Assembly (NCBI RefSeq): GCF_018350175.1
Contig: NC_058372.1
Span: 112,406,001 to 112,470,000 of the forward strand
Length of the DNA: 64,000 nt
Reading direction: 5' to 3'
From: Felis catus
Lineage: Eukaryota
Shown here: positions 54,016 to 64,000 of the stretch, piece after piece
How the letters are laid out: each line of letters starts with the position of its first letter
How positions within the stretch are numbered: the first letter of the stretch is position 1
Position numbers and translations under genes: made by a program
The notes under the pieces: generated by a model
The model's database searches: none
Told to the model about the DNA's origin: nothing
Seen by the model: the letters and a program-made list of their open reading frames with translations, nothing else

Positions 54016-54117
54016 CTACAAGAAAACACATGAAACCCTGAGTCACGCAGGGCAGAAGGCAACTGCGGCTTTCAGCAATGTTGGGACGGCCATCAGCAAG
54101 AAGTTTGGAGACATGAG
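54016..54117 (+). CDS. TPD52L1: TPD52L1 coding exon 4 (102 nt, phase 2 to 2)
   Basis: Acceptor ttttacttctag|C TAC AAG; donor ATG AG|gtacca. Encodes YKKTHETLSHAGQKATAAFSNVGTAISKKFGDM. Confidence 0.97.
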
Positions 54118-55454
54118 GTACCATGGGAAAGAACCTTGGGAATGACGCTAAAGCCTTTGGCCTTCTGAGGGAAGGGAAACTTTCTCATTGGCCGGTCTTC
54201 CTAATTCATTCTTTTTTAACTGGATTAAAATTTTTATGTGGCTGATAGTGATAGTGACTAAGATAAAATTTTTAATGGAAAGTCTTCTGCCCCAAAGTCG
54301 GGTTAGTGAGCCTGGTCCCAAAGATGCCCTCTCCATTAGGACATGACCTAGTAAAAATGGAAGATACAGGGTTCCTTTAATGATTAGTAATTAGTAATAA
54401 TTAGTAATTAGGGAGGATTTCAGAAGAATGCAGCACACACAGAATTTTATTCATTAAAATTTAAACAGTAAGTTAAATATGTATTCAATGGAGTATGCTT
54501 TGATAAACTATTCTAGGTTTCATTTTTGTATACATTCATTCATCTAGTATATTTTTTCTATGCTAAATATTACATATTTATTCTGTTTTTCCCAAAAGGT
54601 ACCATGGTAGATAGTCCTTGCATAATTTGGTTATTCTCAGTATGTCATTATCATATAAAGTTAGGGTGAACATCAAGATTTTGAACTAAGAAATAAATGT
54701 CCTCACTATAGGCACCAGAAAAACAATGTAGTATTGACCATTCTAATTTTTTATGTTTTCGTAAGTTATCTCATACAGTGTTGTTACTTTCATTTTTTTT
54801 TTGCTTGTTTAAATACCTATCAGTTTATTTTGAATTTGGCAATATGCTTAAGAAATTTTTCTTTATAAATCAATTTTATTTTTCTCCTTAGAAATCAAAT
54901 TCATTTTTAAAAAACTTTTGAAGTATACATTTTAAATTTCTTTAAAAAAAACTATGCATATTATTTCACTGGATTCTTTAAACTATTACTTTCTTTATTA
55001 CTCTGCAACTTTGCTACTTGCAGACGAATATTTATATCTTTGTGTTTATTTTGTTCAGAAATAAACTTTACTGGATTGTGCCAAGTATTCATGTGCTATC
55101 TTAACAAGTTGGCATTCATGAGGCTAGAGTTAAGTACATAGCATGAATCTGAGTACATTGTTTTATATTCATATTTATTAATAATGCAGTAATGAAAAGC
55201 AACTGAAATTTTTCAGAGGCTGCATGTGATGAATGGATAAACCTTCTGGATTATTAATTAACCCCATTATTACAAATAAAATTTGTTGTCTTGTTAATGG
55301 CATTAAAACATTTATCTAAACTAATTAAATAATTTTTCTAAACAGAAAATACCCTATTACCTGTTATAGCCAGGAAAATACATTGTGCCACTTTTATAAA
55401 ATTTGTTCTCCACATACTTAGTTGAAAACTTTCACTGGAACACTAGGACCGCTG

Positions 55455-55640
55455 GAGTGTTATTTTCTCCAACTTGAGAGGACTTTATGAACACCTCTGA
55501 TGCCTGTTTAAAGTGCATATTTCCATATTCCGCCTCTTGGAGATTATGCCTCAGTTGGTCTTGGGTGGACTTTAGGGATCTGCATTTATAACAAGCTCTT
55601 AAATGGTTCAACTTTAGGTGGTCAGGTTATGAGGAAGCCA
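55455..55640. mobile_element. MER5-like hAT remnant
   Basis: gcctgtttaaagtgcatatttcc...tcagttggtcttgggtggac...atctgcatttataacaagctc. Confidence 0.55.
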
Positions 55641-55771
55641 CATTCACTTAGCTCACCTGTACCCAGGTGTTCTGCTATGAAAGGGGGTAAGAGTGACAAT
55701 ATCATCAGGTCATTATAAAAGTTGTAGAAGAGAGTCTGCCATGTATTAAGCACTCAATAAATGTTAGGGGG

Positions 55772-55970
55772 TTTTTTGTTTGTTTTTTGTTTTAGTTTAT
55801 TTATTTACTTTGAGAGAGACAGCCAGGGTGAGTGGAGGAGGGGCAGAGAGAAGGAGAGAGAGAAAATCCCAAGCAAGCTCCATGCTGCTAGAGCAGAGCC
55901 TGATGCAGGGCTTGAACCCATGACCTGAACCGAAATCAAGAGTCGGATGCTTAACCGACTGAGCCACCCC
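55772..55970 (-). mobile_element. Can-SINE inserted at a MIR 3' end
   Basis: Reverse-complemented SINE following taagcactcaataaatgttag. Confidence 0.92.
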
Positions 55971-56690
55971 TGCTAGTTTTTATCCTTACTAAGTGACTGT
56001 CTCAGTTACAAGTGACCCCCACAAGATGGCAGTTAGGAAATGTACATTAACAGGAGTGCACTGTATTTTGGTAGTTTTCCTAAGTAGAAAAGAATGAAGA
56101 CTGTTTCACATACGTAATATGTTAACCTATTCATGTTCATACGCTAATTGGGTATGACATCAAGGTTGTGTTAACTTGTTTTTCTTCTGTTTCAGTGTAG
56201 ATTTGTTTTAGGGTAATGGATAGTCTATTTCCCAGAAGTTCCCAAACTTTTCATTAATTGTTTCTCTACATAGAGGATACAACACTTTCATTCTAAACTG
56301 TGGCTAAAAATGTTAGTTAATGTAGCCTATGTTAGTGGAGACTCAAATGTGGTCCTGTAATATGTTGTAGACTTTGCAAACTTAGGACCTATATTTTTCC
56401 CAAACTATAACTCTAACATTAAATATAATTGCAGATAAGTCCCTGTGAAATCAACAAGTTTTATGAAAAATTTTTAGTCTTAAATTATGCTAGAACAAAT
56501 AATATATGTGAAAGTCATATTTGAAAAGTACTTAAATTTAGTGTAATAAAGATTCTTAAATGAGAAATTAATAAGATTTTATTTTTCGTTTAAATTAATT
56601 TGCTAATTTATAAAATAATAGTAGATAAATTTTAAAAATTTATCACATTTTACTTTGAATACCTTTTTAATTTAAAACATCGTATTTTCT

Positions 56691-56900
56691 GGGGCTCCTG
56701 GGTGGCTCAGTCAGTTAAGTGTCTGACTTTGGCTCAGGTCATGATCTCAAGGTTTGGGAGTTCAAGCCCCCTGTTGGGCTCTGTAATGACAGCTCAGAGC
56801 CTGGAGCCTGCTTTGGATTCTGTGTCTCCCTCTCTCTGCTCCTTCCCCACTCACACTCACTCTCTCTCTCAGAAATAAATAAAACATTAAAAAAAATTTT
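56691..56900 (+). mobile_element. Can-SINE
   Basis: ggggctcctgggtggctcagtcagttaagtgtctgac...aaataaataaaacattaaaaaaaa. Confidence 0.95.
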
Positions 56901-57036
56901 TAAATATCATATTATCCTATATTCTTGTTAGTTACACCGTAAAATTTTCTTGTGTGTTCTGGGAAAAAGCTTCTGAACTTGTTCAAAAAGATTGCCAGCA
57001 ATATTCAGATCCTGGAAAGAAAAAGAGTACCTCTCA

Positions 57037-57240
57037 ATTTTTTTTTTAGTTTATTTATTTATTTTGAGAGGGAGAGAGAGAGAGTGTGAGTGGGGTAGAG
57101 GTGGCAGGGGAGGGGATGGTGGGGGAGAGAATCTCAAGTGCTAAAAGCACAGCATCCAATGTGGGGCTCCATCTGAGGAAGCGTGAGATCATGACCTGAG
57201 CCAGAATCAAGAGTTGGACCTTAACCAACCTAAGCTCCCC
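57037..57240 (-). mobile_element. Diverged Can-SINE
   Basis: T-rich tail, (GA)n, gagatcatgacctgagccagaatcaagag. Confidence 0.9.
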
Positions 57241-57812
57241 TTAAATTGATATGTTTTCTAAAAACAAGTCATATTTTTCAAGCTAAGATTCTCCTTTTAT
57301 CGTGATTGACATTGCCTGAAGTCCCCATAGCCCCATCAATGGAACTGCCCCCCCTTCTCCACCTGTAAAATAACATTGTTAATAGATGGCTACCTAACTA
57401 AAATGCTTTCTGCAAAGTGAAAATGAGGACACATTTATGAAAGTACTCTGAAGAAATGCAAGCTCTTGGAATCATTTTGATAGTAACACTGGCATCTTCT
57501 TGGAACTTCACAGTTGTTTATTCAAATGGTGTGTGAACTAGTGGAGGTGAAATCTCTGGAGGAGGTATATACCTTAATAGAGTCCAACCATCTCTATAGA
57601 TAGCTGTGAGAACAACAGAAGCACAACTTATAACAGGTTGGTAAAGTAATTGTGAAGACACATTAAAAAGTATACTCCAAAAGAGTAATATATGGAGTCG
57701 CATAGTCTTTGCTTTGGGGCTGAGAGAGGGGACAAAGGGCACTGTGGTCCTGTCTTTGCATCCTGATATGCTAACTCTGCTCCTGCTCTCTCCTGTGCTG
57801 CCTGGGCTGCAG

Positions 57813-57827
57813 GTCTCACTCCATCGG
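57813..57827 (+). CDS. TPD52L1: TPD52L1 15-nt alternative microexon (phase 2 to 2), gives ...DM-RSHSIG-YSIR...
   Basis: Branch-point match tgctaac at 57769-57775, pyrimidine/TGC-rich tract, then ctgcag|G TCT CAC TCC ATC GG|gtaagc. Frame-preserving, and the HSI peptide echoes exon 5. Confidence 0.85.
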
Positions 57828-58232
57828 GTAAGCGCCGCCTCTGGGTCCCTGCCAGCTCCTTGGCTGTTCCCTTCTTTCCCAGAGCCCACTGCTTCCCTCA
57901 CACCGTGGGTGTGCTTCAGCCAAAACACTAGATCTCTTTTCCTGAGAGTGTTCATGACCAAGAAATTACAGAGTACAGGGCATCTGATGGGTTTGAATTT
58001 ATTTAAGCACATATTTGTATCATTTCTGAGTCATTTACACCAGTTTCGCTTGCTGAGCAATCTCTTAGGAATCCCTTCCTACATTCCCAATCGTTCCTGC
58101 GTTNNNNNNNNNNNNNNNNNNNNNNNNNNNNNNNNNNNNNNNNNNNNNNNNNNNNNNNNNNNNNNNNNNNNNNNNNNNNNNNNNNNNNNNNNNNNNNNNN
58201 NNNNNNNNNNNNNNNNNNNNNNNNNNNNNNNN

Positions 58233-58398
58233 GAGAGCAGGGGAGGGTCAGAGAGAGAGGAAGAGAGAATCCCAAACAGCCTCCATGCTGTCAGCAAGGA
58301 GCCCAACTCAGGGCTCAATCTCACGAACCATGAGATTATGACCTGAGTTGAGAGATCAAGAGTCAGACAACTAACCCACTGAGCCACCCAGTCACCAA
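58233..58398 (-). mobile_element. Can-SINE; tail lies in N gap (58104-58232)
   Basis: gagagaatcccaaacagcctccatgctgtcagc...ctgagccacccag. Confidence 0.9.
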
Positions 58399-59692
58399 GA
58401 GTTGTGTGGTTTTATGAGACTTTAAAAAGTAAAATTGAGAAACAAAATTATTTTCTCTAGATTGTTGTTTTTCTGAAATTCTTATAACTGTTTCTTATGT
58501 GGATGGTTTACCTTCAACTTTCTGTTCCTTCTGAAGAGGGGAAAGGTTACCAGAAGACCACTTATGATAGGAAATGTGCAGTTGTCCAGTTAAGCCTTCT
58601 GTTAGGTGAAATCTTATTACACACTTTTGAGGTAGGATATACTTTTGAGGGGGGGATTTTTTTTCCTAAGTAAACTGCCTGTATTTAAAGAGGTGAATTA
58701 GATTAATAACACTGATGAATTTCTTTTAGTAATTCTTTTTTAAACATCACTTCTGAGGAAATGTTTTGCCTATGGTTTCTAAGTGGAGCGTGTAAGTAAG
58801 ATCATAAGTACCCCTGAATTTCTTTGTCCTTTTCTTTCTGAGTTCGAGTAAAGTGCTGCCCATACTAATGACTTCAGTGGATATTGTTGGGGAAGGGTGA
58901 GGAGTTTGATGGCTTACTCTTATCTTCTTGGGAGGAGAGAAGCAGGGATAGTGTTGGAAAGTGTGAAGGGGGAGCGCCATCCCAGGTAGTGTGACCCTGT
59001 AGTGCTCCCTCTCTCTGCCCAGCCTGATTTCTGAGTGGAACTAACAAAGGAATTACAGGCGATCAGAGAAAAGATGACTCAGCTACCATAGGATTAATAG
59101 AGAAGGCCGAAACCCTTAGAATTCTCAGAAATATTGGTATTTGTACCAGATGTCCTGGAATGGATACTGAAGTCCTTGCTCCCATGTTGAACTGTGCTGA
59201 TGGTGTTCGCCTGCCATGTGTTTCCTTGAATGTCTTATGTTAACTACATGTATTCCTCTAGAGAGTTTCTCTACAATGGAACGATTAGCTTTTACCTGCT
59301 GGGCTCTACTTCCTCAGTACAGCCCTTCCTCTCTTCCTGAACAGAAGGGAGGGGAGAGGGAGCTGGACCTAGAGAGGGTGTCCACGGGCTCCTGGGCGCA
59401 CCTGAGGAAACCAGACATTCTCCTCATCCTCAAAGTTCCCAGCCCACAGAGAACCCACAGGAAGTAAAATAACATGCAACTTGAACAGTGTACTCTTCTT
59501 TATGCCCTTGAAAGCTGACCGTGGTCCTTCCTACCCAACGAAAACAAATGTCATCTTGGTGGGGTGGGCAAGGAATACTTCAGACAGTTGAAATTGCTGT
59601 TTTAAGAACTGTGAAGAGGGAGTTTCTCGTGTACTTATGTTGTGCTATCTTTTCTCTCTTTTTTTTTCTTTTAATCTGCTTTTGCCCTGAAG

Positions 59693-59731
59693 CTACTCCA
59701 TTCGCCATTCCATAAGTATGCCTGCTATGAG
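59693..59731 (+). CDS. TPD52L1: TPD52L1 39-nt cassette exon 5 (phase 2 to 2) with 14-3-3 motif RHSISMP
   Basis: Long polypyrimidine tract, then ccctgaag|C TAC TCC ATT CGC CAT TCC ATA AGT ATG CCT GCT ATG AG|gtaatg. Encodes YSIRHSISMPAM(R). Confidence 0.96.
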
Positions 59732-59904
59732 GTAATGTGTGTCAATTACTTTATATAATATCAATGCAAAATGTATGAAGTGTGACTTTATTGATATTTA
59801 CTTTGTGGAGTTTTTCCCCCCTCTCAATATGAAAGGAAATCCCATGACCTCCTGTATTCTCTTTTCTGATGGCCTTCAGGAGAAAAGGCTGAGGGTTCTA
59901 CAGA

Positions 59905-60105
59905 AGGAGGGTATAATGGGCTTCTGCTTTTGACCACACTGGCTTAAATCCAGCCTCTTCTCATTTGTGTAATGTGAGACAAGTCACTTAACCTTCTCAA
60001 CTTCCATTCTCTTATCTGTTCATTGGGAGGAATAAGACCCACTGCACATGTTGTGTGACACAAACCAAGTAACCTGTGTAAAGCACATTCTTAGCACTGG
60101 CCTGG
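59905..60105 (+). mobile_element. MIR SINE (second MIR fragment at about 60370-60530)
   Basis: acaagtcacttaaccttctcaacttccattctcttatctg...tgtaaagcacattcttagcac. Confidence 0.7.
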
Positions 60106-62654
60106 ATGAACACACCTGCAAAGGCGGAAGGACATTCTTTATTTCAACAGAATTAAATGCAAGCCTGGGTGACAGTTTAAATGAAAGGAATAGGAGACCA
60201 GAGGGCTACGGTTGTAGAGAGGATATTAACAGGATTGTTTAAGGTAGATACTAAGGTGAGGTGTCTGTTGAATAATAAAATAATAAAAGTCATTAAAATT
60301 ACTAACTGGATGGAAACCTCCGAGAAAGACATTCCCCACTTTGAGTTTGCATGGCTTAATTAGATAAAAGCACACTAATAGTAATAGGGCATGGAAGAAC
60401 GAATGTCAGACTGGGGGTCAGAAGATGCAGATTGTAGCCCCCTTCTGCCATAAATGAACTTGGCAGCCCTGGGAAAGTCACCTCAGTGATAGCAGTTTCT
60501 TCATATTTAAAGGAAGAGGCTAAAACCAGATTACTGCTTCCCCCACGGTGCTTGCCGTGGGAGGGCTGCCGTGGGCTAGGCTGGCATGGTGGGGGGGTGG
60601 GTTGTGGGAGATCAGGCCTCCAGGACCCTCCCCCACTACAGTCTGAACTATCCCCATGCTCCCTGCTTAATAGTGTATATTCATACCAAATCTGCAAAGT
60701 TTGAGACCACCGAAGCCAAATTCTTTTGGGGTCATTTGTAGCTGTATATGACCTGATTAAATCTGAGGAAATAGCTTCTCCCTGTTCTCTAGCACACATC
60801 CTAGTGTAATTTAATTACAGGAATGTCTGTTTTATTATCCTGATGATGTTTCTTCCACACTGGGGTTGTATAGTTACTTGAGAAATTCAGCCGCAGTATT
60901 TGATTTCCCTAATTTGGTGGTAAATAGAAAGCATAGATTCAAGATTGCCTAGTCTATCTTTGAATGACTTGCTCCCTGTGGCATAAAAACACTCAAATTG
61001 AGTAGCACATCCTGCAGCCCTGAGCTCTTTTACATGTCCAATTCTAAGTGTAGGTGTCCAAAGAAGGGCTTGCCAAAAATTAACATGGTTTTGCTCTATG
61101 AACCCATCTAGTGGCTTATGTAGTCCTCATGCAGATGTAGTCTTATTGGCTTATGCAGATGTAGTCCTCATGATCTTGCCTGAAATTAACTTAAAAATTT
61201 TTTTTACTCATCTAACATGTACCCATGAGGCATTAGGCTGAATTGTCTGACCACCGCAGGCCTGTTAACTGATCAGTGATAGGCAGGCATGTAAGCAGGC
61301 TTGCCCAAATAAAACCCACAGTGGAAGTAAAGTGCCAGTGAATGTATACTCTTGAGTCATTCAGATATAAATTTGTTAATATTTCGTAATGAAACAGCAA
61401 TATTATGGAGGATTACCCAAGAATTTGACTTATACTTGCATTATAGATAAGATGTGAGATCATAAGGCCCTGTAAACTCACTGTTCTTAATTCATACAGT
61501 ATGAATGCAGATGCATTTCTGACCATCTGGAGTGTCACAGTTTCCGGAGATAATCTCTAACAAAGCCAAATGCACTCCAAAAACATATTATGTACATTAG
61601 TTTCCTCTTGATAGTATTAGAGCCATGCTTCACTCCACACCATACAAAGAAGCCCATATATTATAGCCATTCTCCCTTATAAAATTCCTCTAGGCCATTC
61701 CTTTTATTTCAGTTCTTTTGCACTCAAGACAGAATAACGGGCAGCTTATTAAAGTTAGTATCATTCAGTTGAGTTATTTGACTTGAAAATGATGACAGTC
61801 CTTGTGGCTGAGTGCTTACATGGATACAAGAATTCAGATACATTTTTAGTTCCTTCTTAGTTCCTGTTTCTTTAGTTAGGGATATCATTTTCAACGGTCA
61901 TGGTGTCATTAAATCATGATGTCATGTGGCCAAATCCAATATAGGAAACCAAAAAGCACCAAATGAAGTATCTAACACTTAAAGTAACAAGATGGTGTAT
62001 AGAGATTATTTAACACAATGAATGAGTCACAAATAAAATGTCAATAACTGAAAAGATTCTGTTTGGTAAGAGAACAAAAAGTATATCCTCTTTATGAGGA
62101 AAAACAATGAAAGCATTGACGTTCAGAAACACCACTTCATGAAAATTGACGAAGTGATTACCTTTTGAGGCATGGAAAAGAAAAATTTATGAACCTTTTT
62201 TTTTTTTTCCTGGAGCTATTTCTGTCTTCTCTCACATTTACTGAAATAAATAACTTTAAAATTCCAGGGTAGACAACTCTAACACAACATTCTTCAGATA
62301 GACTTTCCATTGCTTACCAAAAAAAAAAAAGAAATAGTTGGAAAAAGGAGTACTGTGATAGAAACAATTAATTAGTAAATGACAAATTAAGCTATCACTC
62401 CTTTGACTCATTGGAAATGATTTCCGGTGCCCCTTGAAATTATTACAGTTGTGTCATTAACAAAATGCTGTACTATTTATTCTACAGTTGATTATCTGAA
62501 TATTTTATCTAGAAAATGTCCATGTCAGGACATGGCTGTGGTGCAGAGATGATGTTTACCAATAAGAACAGAAAGCCACGGTTTCTGCAACCAGCACAGT
62601 TGCTAAGACAGTGAGTCTTTGGGGCTGACCTCTCTTCTTTTTTTGTTATTTTAG

Positions 62655-62715
62655 GAATTCTCCTACTTTCAAATCATTTGAGGAGAGGGTTGAGACAACT
62701 GTCACAAGCCTTAAG
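62655..62715 (+). CDS. TPD52L1: TPD52L1 coding exon 6 (61 nt, phase 2 to 0)
   Basis: Acceptor ttttgttattttag|G AAT TCT CCT; donor CTT AAG|gtacag. Encodes NSPTFKSFEERVETTVTSLK. Confidence 0.96.
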
Positions 62716-64000
62716 GTACAGATGAAGTGAATTTTGTGTCGTTGGGTCCGTGAATCAGGACAGCATTAGTCACTGCTATGGTTAGTTCCGAAGTCAGGGC
62801 CGCCAGCATTTGGCGCAGCCAGGAAGGCAAACTTGCACAGAGTCCATCTTTTTCTTTCCATATGAATCTGTCAATAAAACCAGTACTGAACGGTGTTGCT
62901 GTGCCCTCACAGAGTTGTTCATGTAAGCCGTTCAGGGGTGATTACTTTTGGAAGTGAACTGGGATTTGTGTTCACGTCTTGAACTAAGATTAGAACTAAG
63001 ATTACTAAATTAGAACTTAGTGGTACCCCTCGAAAACAGGTATGTGAGAGAGGATTGTGGATAGGATAAAGGATATGTGAATTCTGGATTTAGAATGCAA
63101 GTGGAAGGTTAGTAACAACTCAGAGCCCCTCCAGTTTACACACGGGCTAGCAATAGCAAACTTGACTCCACGTGTTATGCTGCCTTCCACCTCCTGTCAG
63201 ACACCTAGACTTGTTTCCTCCATTCACACACTGAGCACAGCACAGCAGGATTATCATGGAGGGAAAATAAAGCTGAGTCACAAAATGCATAACTTTGTAA
63301 TAATGCATTTGATTTCCAGGTTTAAACTGAAAATATGTCTGTTTCATGGGAGGGGCTAAAAAATTTCATTTGAATATATTGTCTGAGCATAGGTAGGTTA
63401 GTCTACAGAGGAAGAAAGCACAAATAAAATCAATCTAGGCTTAAAAGACAGAGAACTTTCAAAACAGGAAAAATCATTGAAACTACTAAGATTGTTTATT
63501 TAAACAATGACTTAAATACATCTTGATGTTATTATCACTGTTTTGTAGACCATCCATTTCTGTATTTCCCAAGCTGGGAAAATGAAGGATGCAGATGATC
63601 TTTAACCAGATCAAAAGCAGGTATATGCACATGCTGATTATCCAGCTGCCTCTGAATTCTCTGCCACCATGTGCTGCCTGATAAGCCTGTGAGGCTGGAA
63701 GGTCTTCCTCCTATAGGATCTCGAAGAGTCTTTCCTCTTAGGGAAGGATCTTCCACACAGTCTTCTACTTCTACTTTATTTAGCCTGTGATTAGATGTTT
63801 ATGACCCAAGAATGAGATTGTTACTCAGCATTTACCAGCAGTTTGTAGTTGTGTAATTCACTACCCCTCTTGTCAACATCATTGCTTATTGAGTGTATAG
63901 GGACCCGTAGGAGCTATTACAATTGCCCCCATGGGTAGAGAAAACTTTTGATAAGGAGGGCCAGTGTGGTTCCTTGAACATTTCTCTTGCTAAGATATCA

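Noticed and set aside
57714-58346. 210-aa (+) and 164-aa (-) ORFs over the microexon
   Set aside because: The + ORF runs through Ns and a SINE and reads the microexon in the wrong frame (VSLHR). The - ORF has no recognisable homology.
62981-63020. gaactaagatta short repeats (also 54383-54410 attagta and 35150-35180 ggcaaagcctatt)
   Set aside because: Ordinary two- to three-copy slippage repeats with no sign of function.

Overview
Mammalian genomic DNA, most likely from a felid: it carries many tRNA-derived Can-SINEs, including young SINEC_Fc-type copies, plus carnivore L1s. The window lies inside one + strand spliced gene recognised as TPD52L1 (tumor protein D53). Positions 1-31220 look like the distal part of a long intron 1. 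Five canonical coding exons follow (31221-31336, 42988-43136, 54016-54117, 59693-59731, 62655-62715), all with AG/GT ends and compatible phases. The start-codon exon and the last exon lie outside the window. The ORF track misses most of this gene, and its other ORFs are SINE, L1, DNA-transposon or low-complexity artefacts. The best-supported observation is a 15-nt in-frame microexon (57813-57827). It adds RSHSIG next to the 14-3-3-binding exon and completes a 12-nt/4-aa repeat (HSIG-YSIR-HSIS) across a splice junction. More speculative candidates are an in-frame alternative first exon (26785-26824), poison exons, an intronic terminal exon, and inverted SINEs bracketing the microexon. The rest is ordinary intronic repeat content with seven assembly gaps. 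I found no evidence of a wholly new biological system, CRISPR array or RNA gene. Exon numbers and repeat family names are from memory, not from a database search.
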